Below, piece by piece: positions 1-14,067 of a stretch of 64,000 nt of DNA. The notes beneath the pieces are model-generated. The model did not search any database. It was not told where the DNA came from and saw only the letters and a program-made list of their open reading frames with translations. Position 1 is the first letter of the stretch; every line of letters begins with the position of its first letter. The stretch comes from Parasitella parasitica NRRL 2501 (taxonomy: Eukaryota; Fungi; Mucoromycota), in assembly GCA_025201805.1 (NCBI GenBank), contig MU619318.1, positions 88,529 to 152,528 of the forward strand, written 5' to 3'. The position numbers and the translations under genes are program-made.

Positions 1-341
1 TCAAATTTTCGTAAATAACAAACATTTGGCCTTAACTTTTGCCGAATGCAGCGTAGAATCGACGTATATGATAAAATTTTTCGCTAAAAATGTAGCAAAG
101 ACAAGTGAACCATATCTTAGTAGTACAACTCAGATTAAGGATTTTTGTTCTTGCGTTTATAGTCGACATGTTAATAATAAATATATGAATAATAACTCGA
201 ATATGTTGGGGAAAAAAATTATTTATTCATATAATACAAGGGAAAAGAAATCAGAAGTTAAATATAATAAAATATCTGTATGCTAATATTTTCTGTAGGT
301 CTATCATGATGGGAATTGTCTATATAAAAACTACTGTTTTG

Positions 342-2152
342 TTACCAAGAATCAAGCTTCATAGTTCCATTTTCCATCAAGTTGGTATGCATTTTAAAGA
401 CTTTATCGAGCATTTGGGGTTCATGGCCTCTACCGGCAGCAAGGCACTTCTTGGTGGCAACGTCAAAGTAGTCTTGGAGTTGAGGCTTGTATTCAGGGTG
501 AGTACACTTGTCAATGATGACCTGAGCGCGCTCACGAGGAGACAAACCACGGAGATCAGCCAAACCTTGTTCAGTGACAAAAATGTCAAGATCATGCTCA
601 GTTTGGTCGACATGAGAACACATGGGGACAACGCAAGAGACACCATTAGGATCCTTCTTGGAAGGGCGAGTAGAAGGAGAGTGCATAACACTCAGCTTGG
701 AGTTACGCAAGAAATCACCAGAGCCACCCAGGCCGTTCAGCATACCAGAACCACAAACCAAGGTAGAGTTAGCATGACCATACATGTCAAATTCAACAGG
801 CGTGTTCATGGCGATACATCCAAGACGGCGGATAATTTCAGGCGAGTTGGAGACTTGTTGGGATCTCAAGAGGAATCTGTCTTTATACTTCTCCCAGTTG
901 TCGTAAAAGTGATCAAAGCCTTCAGGGGAGAAACGAATAGAGGTAGCGCTGGCAAACTTGAGCTTTTCAGAATCAAAGAATTCTAAAAAGGTATCTTGCA
1001 ATACTTCAGTAAATCTAAATGTAGCTCAGATGAGTTTTTTTCCCGCGGTTACCGATGATTTCCCGTCGACTTACACTGTGACATTTTGGAATCTGGATTT
1101 TGCCAAACCGCCGATGACAGCATTAGCGATGTTACCAATACCGGACTGCAGAGGTAGCAGATTCTCAGGAAGGCGGCCATGCTTGACTTCTTGCTCAAAG
1201 AACTCAATGAGATGACCAGCGATAGCTTCGGATTTTGCATCGGCAGGCGAGTTACCACCAGTCTTGTCTGGGCGGTTACTTTCAACAACGGCAATGACCT
1301 TGTCAGTATCAATAGGGATGGCAGTCTAGTATGTAATGCATATACGTTAATAATTTGACATTTCGTTAACCTCTTACATCACTTACTGTTCCGATCCTAT
1401 CTTCAGTATTCATAATCAAATAGGGCTTGCGATTAGGAGGTTGAGTACACATGTTGATGTCGTGGAGCCCTTCGAAAGAGGGGATACGAGTATTGACTTC
1501 GATAATAATCTTGTCAGCCATCTGGATCAGCTCGGGTGTAGCACCAACGGAAGCACCGGGAACAATCCAGCCATCTTCAGTAATGGCAGTAGCTTCAACA
1601 ACAACAATATCAAGTTTGTTATTATCAGGCTTATCCTTGGTATAAAAGCCTGTAGGAACATATGAGTGATTTGTATTGATCCAAAGGTCTGTCAGATAAC
1701 TTACCATACACGAGATCTTGAGGAAACATGGACAAATGCTTATCAGCAAAACGAATACGGCCTTCATTGATACCCTTTTTGATGTTCTTGCCAACTTGAT
1801 GAGGATAACGACGATCGATCATATCGAGCTCTGCCCATCGATCTTCGCATTCAGCACCAGAAGAGGCACCGACAAAGAGATTGAATTTCATTTTACCTTG
1901 GAGGTTATTTTTTTCAACATGGTCAGCCAATGCAACGGGGATCATTTTGGGATAGCCAACACCAGTAAAACCAGACCAGCCAAGGTATCTAATTGCTCAC
2001 CCGTTAAGTGCGTTGGACACAGATATTTAGTAAAGCCTATACACTTACTGTCCACCTTTGAAGAACTTGAGAGTCTCTTCAGGCATCATGACCTTTTCCA
2101 AGAGAGCAGGGCGACGAACTCTAGACTTTAATGCAGCACTCACAGTAGCCAT
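342..2152 (-). CDS. ACH1: Acetyl-CoA hydrolase / CoA-transferase (multi-exon)
   Basis: Start [15 protein letters not shown] at 2152; [59 protein letters not shown] motifs; stop at 342-344; GT-AG introns. Confidence 0.95.
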
Positions 2153-3925
2153 ATTGTGTAATTAAATTTAAGCGAAACAGCAAAAAAAAAAGAGAAGAAA
2201 TGAGGAAAATTTAATGTCCTGAGACCCTTTATATACATCAATGTCGGGACAATAAGCTTGGTGCAAAGCGGGTAAAGTAATAATCACTGTGTTTACTACA
2301 TGATCATAGGGCAAGGGTGGCAATAAGGTTTTACTCCAGTTGTTCCAAAAAATCTGGGGCTCTGCCTGCTTTATTTTTTTATCCATTCATGCTTTTTATC
2401 CAGCTTTGGGTAAATTTACGTAATATCGTGTCAGATTCACATATATCAACATGCTCCCTACCATCTAAGCACCTATGTCAGTTTTTATTAAAGAGAGCTT
2501 GTGCTTATCGTTTCACTTGTATATAGAACATTTCTTCTTTTTGCCAATCATTTCATGCAAATTACAGCTTTCTCGTATTTCTAAAACCGTTGGTTGGTGG
2601 TGAGATTGTTTAAATACCAGCAGGATGTGGGGTAAATTGTTATCGCTGCTGTAAAAACATAACGAATGGCTGAGACATATATTTAAGTCCTACAGATGGT
2701 TGGTTCTAATCGATTATATCATTGCAGTTTACCCGCGTAAAACATGGAAGAAACGATAGAAAGAAAAAAAACCATGAACAAACACAAATCATTCTACGTA
2801 GTAAAAACAAGTATACGGTATCAAAATGTTGTCGAATTCAGGGTCATCCGAAATCATGTGCATATCAACCAACGGCTAAATGATGAGGAATCGGACAATA
2901 TATGACATGTCATTTTGCAATTGATAGATTGGTTGCACCATTATAAAAACCTTGCAAAAAGGTAAAGCCGGTGTAACATTACACATTACAGATCTACTTT
3001 GGCTCCAAGAATAAAAAATGTGGGGAAATGACAAAGTTTTTACAAAGTAAATATAAATATATATATATATGGGTATTGACTCTTGATTTTACCATTATCT
3101 CGGGGCCTTTTAGTTAAGATTTTTATGTGCCTGAAATGTCATGATACTATCATCTTTTTGACATCTTGATAGATTCGCGGTAAAGTCGCACACGATGGTA
3201 TCTTAATAGACCACGGATGTAAGTTTCCAAATCAATAAATGCGGTTATATATGCATACATAATATGCAAATATCTGTATTAGTATCTTTTAAAGATACAT
3301 ATTCGTTTTTTAATATAGGGGTTCGATCCTGTATCCTACAACCACTCCATCTTGATTATTGTATAGCGAATATTGGAATAACGATACGAAATTAATAGCG
3401 ATCGAATGGATTGAGCAATGTAAGGACATTACAAATACTTGAATACTACAAGCCCTGTATTGATCGACTACAGCACAGGCACCATTAAATTTGAAAGTTT
3501 GATTGGTAGTATGTAATGATATTACCCAGATGATGGCTTATTCTTTACAATATTGTATTCTTTCCGAGCATCAAAAAGTATTAATAACAAACAAGACTGC
3601 AGAATTTATTCAGAGGGACATATTCACGACATAAAAACGAGAGTATTTTGGGGTCATAAGTGTGGCTGTTCATATCGTTTATCATGTCAATCGTTACGGT
3701 GTAAGCATATGTAGAAAGGACGGTCATAGAAACTCATAAGTGGCTTTAGTGGATTGTACGGTATTTGGTATAACATTAGATATCGTCGACTGATTTTATT
3801 CATAAGTAGCATAGTATTCTTCGGAATGAACCAAGGATGTATGTTTTTAGATCAGTAGATATGGCTCTATTTGTATGATGTATGATATATGCAGCTTTTT
3901 GTATTAATTTTTTTTTACATGTATG

Positions 3926-5958
3926 TTAGATTTTCATTGCTGGGATTCTATCTGGCACTCCATCTGGCATCCAGTCGTCACTATCATTCTCTGATAGCAA
4001 GACTACTCTACGTGTTTCTTGTATCACCTGTCCGTCTTCTTCCCGGATAACAACAGTATCAATGTTACGCACTGGACCTGTAAACCATTTACGGCCCGAA
4101 ATAGCGTATACCAAAGATGCAATGCCAATCACAAATACAAATGGAATAATAGCAAAGTTCATGTTGGAGGGATTAACGGGCCATTGCTATTCATAAATCG
4201 AGTAAGTGCATGTACAAGGTACAGTAAAAAAAGTGGTAACTTACAGTAGGTAAAATGAACAAGACAGAAGTAAATGCAATCCAGGTACTCGCAATAATAC
4301 CACATGGGATGGAAAATACACCCAAATGAAAGGGTCCCTTCTGAAATCGCTTTCTTGCCATTGTAATTCGTAACCATATGGGTATAAGATAAGATATGCT
4401 TGCTGCAATGGTATTGATGGATACGATGGTTTCGAATGCAACTTCACTGAAAAGATAAGGGATACCTAAGATGGCAGCGAAAGCAATGTTGAACCATACA
4501 GCGTTGGAGGGCACCTTGGATTTGGACAATTTTGATAACCAATTTGAGCATGGCATTGCGCCATCACGCGCAAAAGCATACGTTTGGCGAGAAGAACCAA
4601 CAATGACAGCAGCACCTCTACATAGTATCAGTGATTCTGTTCTCCCCCTTTTTTTTTGATTTTATAGAAATAGACCAACTTACGCAAAATACATGGCTAC
4701 GAGGATGATGACTAAAAACCACATTGTCCAGCCAACACCAACACCATCGAGGAATACCTGTGTTATAGCCATATTATTGGTTGAATGAACAATCTGTCTA
4801 TCAAAGTCTTGAATCATGAATGCGCAGACAATCATGAGAACCGTGCCAGCAACGGCCGATGTTCCAATTGCCATAACAATTCCCATAGGAGATCCTTTCT
4901 GAGCAGATCTGGTCTCTTCACTGACATGAGCAGCCGAATCATAGCCATTTAATGTAAACTGTGCTTGCAGCAGTCCAATCAGCCAAGCATAGCCATCGCT
5001 TTTGAACCCTGAGCCATTGTACACCTGCCCCAATGCAAAAGAAGCAGATGGTTTACTAGGCGTCAGCAACAAACCGACAACAATAATGAATAATATGCCC
5101 ATCATATGCCACCAGACAGACAAATTGTTAATCATGCCAGTGTATTTTACGGGCAATGTGTTCATCCAGCCATGAATGAGCAAAATAGCAATGTACACAC
5201 CGTAATCAATAGCTGGCGTTGTGACAAAATCTGGATGTGTAACGGAAATGGCAGATGTCAAAAACCCAGCCATGCCTAAATCACCAGCACAAATAGCAAC
5301 TGTTGTGTACAAAGCTTATTTAGTAATTATGCCCAACTGTTAATTGAATTCATGCATACCTGCTAGACTAAGCCAATTGAAATACCCTGCGTAATTTGGG
5401 ATTAATATTTAATAAAATACTGCATCTAGTTATTTCATTTACCAACTATCCAGCACATGAAAGGGACCCATTCTGAATCAGATAATTGTGCTGTCCAAAA
5501 ATACAGACCTCCTGTAGTTGGAAAAGCGCTACAAACTAGAGTCGAATATTAGCCCATCGTCGTCATTAGAAGAATTCGAATATGCTTTTACTTTCTGCCA
5601 AACTGAATCCAACCGATAATGTGAGTAGAGCTACGACTAGATATCCCCAAATAGAAGCAGAAGTACCGCCGGTCAATAGCGTTGTTCCCCACATCTGACA
5701 AATAAATTAGCATAAAAGTATACGGCAAGTATAGATCAAACAACTTACAGGCAGTAATCCGCTCAAGACTGAACAGCATCCGAAAGAAATTGCGAAATTT
5801 GAGAACGTCGAAAGTTGACGATTTAAGCTTTGCTTATATCCAAGTTTGGCGAGCAATAGCTCATCCTGCGCCGCTGCTAGTTCCCTCTTTTTCTCTCTCT
5901 CATTTATTCTCTCTCGGCCAAATATTAATGCGCGATCAGGAACCTTGATCCAACCCAT
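3926..5958 (-). CDS. APC-family amino acid/GABA/choline permease (UGA4/HNM1-like), multi-exon
   Basis: LGYKQSLNRQLSTFSNFAISF, AEICSAFPTTGGLY, GYDSAAHVSEET, SSRQTYAFARDG, GPFHLG, RKWFTGP motifs; many hydrophobic segments. Confidence 0.92.
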
Positions 5959-5971
5959 GGCGTGTAGAACG

Positions 5972-6019
<48 letters not shown>

Positions 6020-6046
6020 AAGAAAAAAAATGAGAGAGAGAGAGAG
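5972..6046. repeat. Poly(A) tract (~46 nt) plus (GA)n just upstream of the permease ATG
   Basis: Directly visible. Confidence 0.9.
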
Positions 6047-6374
6047 AAAACGAGGAGGTATATTGTATTTATACATTTATGATTGATTTGGGTAGTAGGG
6101 GTCACAAGAGCTGTTTTGCAGAAGTCTGTATGATAATATAGAAACATGTACCCCTTAAAATTTAATGCTCAAAATACAGTGTCTATCTAGGGTACGCAAT
6201 TTGATGATATTTTTCTAAAGGGATCAGCGTCTCCCTACGCAGTCTTTAAAATTAAGATAAGGCTCCTTTAAATTTGATTACACAGATGTGATTTGGGCTC
6301 GTTTCAACTCAACATCAACATCAAGAAACAACAAACAATCAATTTCGTCGTATATTTAATGCATAATACTCTAT

Positions 6375-7880
6375 TTATTCCTGTAATACCATATTCAACA
6401 CTTGCTCAATGCCCACGTCCGCAGGCCTGATCTCTTTCATTGCCTTTTTGACCTCATCGCTGGTGGCACGAGTTTTTTCTGCTGTTGACATGAGCTGTTT
6501 ATGGCGCAAGTGGTATGAAAGTCGAACCAAATCAACTGCTTTCTTGAAGGTACGACGGGCGTTGAAGTTACGGCAAACATTAGGCAGCAAATCTTGTTGT
6601 TCGGTCTGTCGTTTGATTTCAGCATCTGAGCTTAACCACGGATGAGATAACGCTTGATGAGCAGTGATCCGTTGCGCAGGATTGATGGTTAGACAGCATT
6701 GAATAAAGTACTTGGCTATACAATTGTATAAAAGTTAGAATATAAATCATGATCCCCGTAGATCGGCTACCTTTATCGCTAATCTCTGACCAATACTCTT
6801 CATGGAATTCGTATTCAGCCCTTGTAATGGCATTCATCTCTTCTATACTATTTTCGCCTTCAAAGGGTGTATAGCCGCATAATAAAAAGTATGTAATCAC
6901 GCCAACTGCCCACATGTCACTTGAATTTAGCGTCAGTTCTACATTATTTTAGTAAATGTATCATAAGACTTACACTGGTTTACCATGACCTGTTCTTTTG
7001 AAGATTTCAGGGGCCATATAGCCTGGAGTACCACATGTTGTTCTTAACACGTCAAACTTTTCACTATCGATAATTCTGGATAACCCGAAATCCGCTATCA
7101 ACAAGTCAGAGTCTTCATCGGCTGTACGAAAAAGGAGATTTTCAGGCTAAAAGTTGTGTACAGGTTAAAAAGAAAAGAGCTATTTTCCCTATATTTCTTT
7201 GAATAGCTAACCTTCAAATCTAGACAAAAGCAAGGATATCAGTAAGGTGATGTATTTATTTATTATGGTCATGGACAGTTCATTACCTCTGTGAACTACG
7301 CCATTATCATGGAGATATGCAACAGCATCACAGACTGTTCTGATGATATTTGCAGCATCCTGCTCTGTATAACTTCCCTTTTGACAGATACGATCAAATA
7401 ACTCGCCACCCAACGCTAAATCAGTTACCAAATACACTATTAAAAAGTCAACATAACACACTGGGATTTTGCTTGATAATAGCTCACAATTATTCAAAGT
7501 TTCAAAATAATCAACTAGAGTCAAGATATTTTTATGTCCTTCAGATATTTTGCAAAGGATACGTATCTCGTTACGTATCATGTGTTCACGACCCTCCATG
7601 AGTTTTTTACTAATGACTTTAACAGCATAGAACTTTTTCGTATCAACCTTAAGGGTTTGGAAGTTTGAGATTAAATCGTCTGTTCTGTCTATTGTGCTAT
7701 CCACAAAATAAGACTTACATGCATAGCCTCTTTGTAGAAATTTTATTATTTAGACAATAATGCATTATAATTTTATGTTTATATGTTACCCTTGACAGTT
7801 GCATAAGTACCATTACCAAGCACTTTTCCAGTTTTGTATTTGCAGGGTATAGTTGCAGATTGTTTTCTTACTGTTGTCAT
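6375..7880 (-). CDS. CMK1: Calcium/calmodulin-dependent protein kinase (CMK1-like)
   Basis: LGNGTYATVK, YAVKVI, GGELFDRI, HRDLKPENLL, DFG, CGTPGYMAPE, FNARRTFKKAV calmodulin-binding region. Confidence 0.93.
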
Positions 7881-9659
7881 AAAACTGGTGTTAGCTATAG
7901 AAAAGTAGCTCAATTAAAATCTACAACTTGTAAATCCTAAACATTCACTGAAATGTAAAACAAAGTTCCTTGTTTCAAATGATGTAGTATTTATACATGT
8001 ATCAAAAGACATTGATTGTTACAAAAATAATATGACAATAAGCTTGAGAGAGGTATTTTGTTATTGCTGTAGAATAACATCAGATAAAGGTTCATTAGCT
8101 TTTTTTTTTGTTATTTTCTCATGAAAGCTAACACCAATATTTCAGAGAATTTCGAAGATTTAAAACTTGGTTTCGACAATGAAACATCTGTGTGAGGCTA
8201 ATGTTATGGCTTAATTTTGTTTGCACTGTTATTTTGATTTTGAGGGTAGTCATTTTCTCTTCAATTTCTGTATTTTTTGCACTTGATATCGTAACTTACC
8301 TGCTTCTTTTAATGGGGGGGGTGTTTTTTTTGTCTCTTAAACAATTATTTTAACCATTAACTGACAAGCTGGATTACACATTAATGATATTTTCATGTGT
8401 AGCTCTATAAGTGTTGTGATTACAGCCATATCATAAGGCACAGCAAGCAATTTCCCCTAAACGTTCGATGGGTACAATGAGTATTTCTTATTCTGTGCTA
8501 AAACCCTTCAATTATTGGGCAATTGTAAACTTGATCTTTGTAGGCTGTTAACTACGTAAAAGATCTACACTTTATATGGCCCTGTTTGTTTACGTTGGTT
8601 ATTGATACTTTCATATTTTTCGTACGTTTAAATCTTTAGGCAGGAACATTTGCCCTTTAAATAAGATTATTACAATTTGAACCATCCAAAAAAATCTTTT
8701 CATTACTTGGTAGTAAAAAGTGTTATAATCGCTTGAGACAGCTATCCTCTTGTCTAGCGTATGCTTTATCAAGAACGAGTATCTCAGAGCCATATTTCAT
8801 TCGAGTCAATCTGCAAATAGAGATGCCTGAAATTGAAGAATGCATAAATGCTAAAGAAGTGAGAAACAAGCCAATTTTCAAATGCAAGTTGGTTGAGGCC
8901 AGTCAAACAATTCCCATGCTTTCAATAAAACACAATGGCCCTGGTAGCACTTGCCGATCAATACACAACATACCTACAGGGAGAAAAGTGACGGTAATGA
9001 ATTTCGCGAGAGACATACACAAGTGGATGCACCACAGTGTTTAAAAGTAGGAATAGTTTGCCCTTAATCGAAACTTTATAAATCCAAGTGCATGTTTCCC
9101 TTTTTATTCTCTTGATGCATCAAGTCATCCATACATCTTCCGAAAAGGTTGCTCTAACAGCGATATAAGGCAGCAGCCGAATGAGAATATTGTTATACGC
9201 AAAAAGAACTATGGTGCGCTTGGGAGTGCCTCAGACGGAAGCCTTATCCTACAACCTGCATAGGTACAATATCTTGATCACTTGCTTAATGCTATACACG
9301 ACTTTGCACACCACAAAAGGGTATAAATTTACAATCACATGGCACATCATTTCGACTAAACTGATGACTAGTGCTTTTTTCTTGTGTTTCTTTGAGCGCG
9401 AGCCATCCTATTCATTACTAAAAAAGAAGATTTACTACTACCAAAATGGCGCCTGGAATAGCATTGGATGAAATCTGGTGGTTCAAGCAAACAGTGTATC
9501 ACATGGGCGGCTGTCCAATTGAGGGTTGGAAAATGCTGCTTACACTCTACTACTCTTTGTTTCCATCCCCGGGTTTGTCCTTGATTGTTGGATATAGAAC
9601 AGTTTTTATTTTCTTGCTTTTTTCCCTTTCTTTTTCTCGTTTCTACTCGGAATTTATAT

Positions 9660-12600
9660 ATGAATAGATCTTCACATAGTACCGAGCAAAGGGCGAACAA
9701 GGTACCCAACTATGCTCAAGCTGCCGCAAAGTCACAGCAGCAACCACAACCACAACAAACGCGAGGCCATCAACCGCAGCAATCAGCTCCAAACGAGCTG
9801 AGACAAGCGCCTTATTCCAAGAATTTAGGTCCAACATACAGAAACACCACTAGTGGTGGTAGCAATTTACAGCAATCTTATCATGGACACCCGAACTCGT
9901 AAGCATTTGTTCTGCGCCTGTTGGGTCGGTGCAAGTATTAATTTGTTGATAAATAGGTCCAATAGCAACAAAAAGGACAACCCATATGGCAACAGAAAAG
10001 AAGCCCCTGTACAGTTGCCAATGGCACCACCTACAGACTCTGGTGAGTTATTTCCATTCACAAGCCCAATACATGATATTGATGTCGCTTGATAGCTCCT
10101 ATTCAATTTGGATCTATTAATCAACCTGCGAGTGCACCACTACCGCCAACAGCAGCGTCAACACAGCAAATATCCATAATAAAAACACCAGTAGATGCTC
10201 CAGCCGCTAGCACGCCAGCCGTGAATGATGTAAATGTAAGTGTATTTCATTGTGGAAGTGGTTTGGGGGCTCATTCTTCATGTCATAACAGCACCGTCCT
10301 CTCCCTAACAACAGCCACCAGACAAGGCAATCGCCTCAGCAGCAGCAAAAAGAGATACCCAGATCACCTCGTAACACCAGCGATGGTAGATTATTTACTC
10401 AACCTTACGCGCCTCGTCGAGATTTCAACCAAGGAGATCAGTATAGCAACAACCGTTATAATAACAATAACAGCTACAGAAATAATGGATATAGACCTCC
10501 TCCACCCCAATATTTACCCAATTCGCCCTACCATCACCAGCATCAGCATCATTATCATCAAGTAAATTACTCCCCTCAGCAACAGAACTGTCCTCCCTCT
10601 CCAATGAGTCACCAAGCCTCGCCAAACATGAGTACATACAACGCAAAGAAAAACAACAGCAACACATCTCCTCAGCAAAGCTTTCAAACAGCTAATCCGA
10701 GCTGGTCTTCTGTAAGCTTCAGTTGGGTAATTCTTTTAGAAAACCACTAACCGTGTGTAATTAGTTTTATCCTCACTACCCTGTAGCTGTTTCATCTTAC
10801 AATATGCCTGCCGCAACTCGTCCACCCATCATTACGCCTAATTCTCGCAAACCAATCGCCATCATTGATCCCAACACAGGCGCCGCGCTCAACACCAGCC
10901 CAATGTCTCTAACCTCATCGCCATCAAACCCGCCACCTAAAGAAGAAAAGCATTTGGATTTCGTGAAGCCGCCGCATGTTTCCAAGGCTGTTGTGATAGT
11001 TGATCCTGCTATCCGCGATCGAGAACTGCGTGAAAAACGGGAACGTGAAGAAGCTGAGGAGGAGGCTCTGCGAAAAGCCGAGGAAGAAAAGAAAGAGGCC
11101 GAAAGAAAAGCAATCGAGGACAAGGAGCGGGCGGAAAAGGAAAGATTAGAAACAGAACGCATGGAAAACGAGCTCAAGGAGTTGGAACGTAAAAAGGAAG
11201 CTGATCGTTTGGAAGCAGAACGTTTGGAAAATGAGCGAAAGGAGGCAGCGCGTAAGGAGGCGGAACGAGTACGCCTAGCTGAGGAAGCGTCTGCCATTGC
11301 TGCTGCTGTTTTAGATAAACAGAAACAGCAAGATGAATTGCGTCGTAGGGCTGAAGAAGAGAAGGAATCGAAGCGCGTCATCAGTGAGTTAGAGGCTGAA
11401 AGGAAGAGACAAGAAGAAGTTTCTGCTCAAAAGGTTGGACGTGTGCCTTCCAGATTGGAAATTCCTTCAAATCCCTTGACACAATCACCTGTCTCGTCTC
11501 CTGCTGATTTGAAAGATCAACAACATGTGCCTGTCAAGGTCATTGAAGACTTTAGCGCAATACAATATCCTGCTGGTATCAATCCCCCCGGAGCTCAAGA
11601 TGGTAAAAAACACTCTTATAGCATCGACTTCTTGCTTCAGTTCCAGCAACTCTGTTTGGACACAAACGAAGATTTATCTGCCATCAACTTTAAAGAAATG
11701 GAAAGCAGTTCTCGCTCAGGTTCAGTGCACCACTCATCTGACCGAGGAAGAGGAGGCCCTCGTACACCGGGCGCTTCTCATATGACAAGCGACAACATAT
11801 TCAAAATGAACTCTCGCGACGGACGTATGGAAATGGGTAAATTCAACATGGGCCGTCCATTGACAAACCGCAACAACAGCTCCCATATCGAACGCCAAGG
11901 ATCACACGGCGGAAGTCGTGGAGGTAGCACGATGCGTGGTGGAAGAGGTGGAGGAAGTGGCATGAAGATCATACGCAACCCAGCTATTCTCAATCCGCAA
12001 GGAGCGCCTACCATTCCTATGGAACAAGTGGTACCTCTTGAAAAAAGTGAAAACAGATGGGTTCCTACCGCCGGTCCACAGCTGGCACAACCTACGGCTG
12101 AAGGCGAGCTTATGTCTCAAGAATACATTACCCGTAAAGTGAATGCTTTGCTGAACAAGATCACGCTGGAAAAGTTCGATTCCATCTCTGCACAGATTTT
12201 TGAATATGCTCGTCAATCGATAAAAGAAAACGACGGCAGGTCTCTTCGCACAGTGATGAGTCTGACGTTTGAAAAAGCCTGTGACGAGCCTGCTTTCGCC
12301 AGTATGTGGGCTAAACTTTGTCGATCAATGTACGATGCCATGACAGACGATATCAAGGATACCAATATTGTGGTTGACCAAAAGCCATCTTCCGGCGCCT
12401 CTTTGTTTAGAAAATATCTTTTCAATCGTTGTCAAGTAGAATTTGAAAAGGGCTGGAAAGTTAATTTGCCTGAGGTAGACGAAGTAGACGGTTTGATGAC
12501 TGACGAGTACTATGAAGCAGCAAAGGCCAAGCGACAGGGTTTGGGTCTGATTCAATTTATCGGTGAAATGTACAAGCTGGATATGTTGTCTACAAAGATC

Positions 12601-13874
12601 ATGGTCCAGTGTATGAAGCGGCTCTGCGACGATCCCTCAAACGCAGGTGATGAAGAAATCGAATCACTTTGCAAATTAATCACAACTATTGGTAAAGTGC
12701 TGGATAAAAAGACAATAACTCAAGAGGTGTTGAACACTGTCATTGCAACTATGAAAAATCAAATGATGAATAGCCCCAATTTAACATCCCGAGTCAAATT
12801 CATGATTCAAGATGTGATTGACCTACGCAAGGACAAGTGGGTTCCCAGATTGGCAGACAAGCAAGTAGGGCCCACTACTATTGCAAAGATTCATGAAATG
12901 GCAGAGAAGGTGAAAGAAGAGAAGGAAACAGCTGCTATCAAGCGTAATAATAGCTCACGCGGACAATATATACCCAATAACAACAATCAATATAACAGCA
13001 ACCAATATAACAATAACCGTAGCGGCCCTTATCGAAATGGAAAGGAAAATAACAGCCACTATTTCAATAACAATGCCAACAGCGGTATTAGCAAAAATAA
13101 CAACAATAATAGTAGCGATGGTTGGAACACTGTAGCTAATAATGCCAACAGCAAAGGTCGTCCCGCAGATCTTTCGAACTTCGGTAGAACTGACAGAAGT
13201 CGATCAAGAACCAACATCCTTGGCCCTTCCAATAGTCCTTTCCCCAGTTTAAGTCGCGGCAAATCATCTGCCAACAGCGATACAATAACCACGGACGGCA
13301 GATCCAGCCCTGCTACCAACATGTTCAGCGCATTATTGAATGATGGTGAGAAGCAAGAAGAGTATAAGAAGTTGGATCTAAAACCCAGATCAACTGATAA
13401 ACCACCCAAACTATCGACCGAAAACGTCAAACGTAAATGTAGAAATATTATCGAGGAATATCTAAGTATTCGCGATAAAAAGGTATGCTTGCGCAAATTC
13501 CAGTTCTGCCGTTTTAATTGACATTTTGCCATTAGGAACTTTCTGAATGCGTCAAAGAGCTGGATGACCCTGATTATTTAGTTGTGTTTATCGGTGAAAT
13601 GTTAACAGCTGTAGAAAAAAAGGCACAGGATGTAGACAACATGTGCAAGACGATCGAGTACCTCGACAGTGAAAATTTACTGTCCAAGGACTTGTATATC
13701 AAAGCATTCAAGCAATTCATGGAAGGATATGATGATTTGACAATTGATGTTCCTCAAGCGCCCAAATATGTGGCCCAACTTTTATTAGCCTCTTCTGTTT
13801 CACCAAAAGAAATTGATGGAGATCATTACGATACATTGCAAAAAGCTTACAAGACTTTGGTGGAGTCCAAGTAG
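9660..13874 (+). CDS. Translation initiation factor eIF4G
   Basis: IQFGS motif, eIF4E-binding YSIDFLL, MIF4G domain (KVNALLNKITLEKFD...SRVKFMIQDVIDLR), C-terminal MA3-like exon(s); 5 GT-AG introns. Confidence 0.95.
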
Positions 13875-14067
13875 TACTCTTTTGTTAGTACTTTTGTTAT
13901 AAGAATAATGGTGATTCCATTGTGTATAGAGAACCCTCCCTCCCTCCCTTCCCCCCCCCCCCTTTTTTTTTTGAAGTATAATACATACAAAAAAAGCATA
14001 AAATAAAATATTCGCTTGTAATGTTATGAAAACCATTCGTTATTAATTTTATTTTTATTACTACTAT

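Noticed and set aside
306-986. 226-aa + strand ORF and other long antisense ORFs (10797-11381, 14894-15280, 60402-60851)
   Set aside because: Antisense shadows of codon-biased real genes.
3314-3345. GGTTCGATCC B-box/T-loop-like motif followed by ..ACCA
   Set aside because: No acceptor, D or anticodon stems can be folded upstream, so it is not a tRNA.
5707-6147. PolyF/polyK ORF segments (also 27713-28087, 37484-37750)
   Set aside because: Translations of homopolymer tracts in UTRs or introns.
9446-9667. 73-aa ORF overlapping the eIF4G start out of frame (possible uORF)
   Set aside because: It spans CCAAT-containing promoter-like DNA, and the TSS is probably downstream in the pyrimidine tract. 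It cannot be supported without TSS data.
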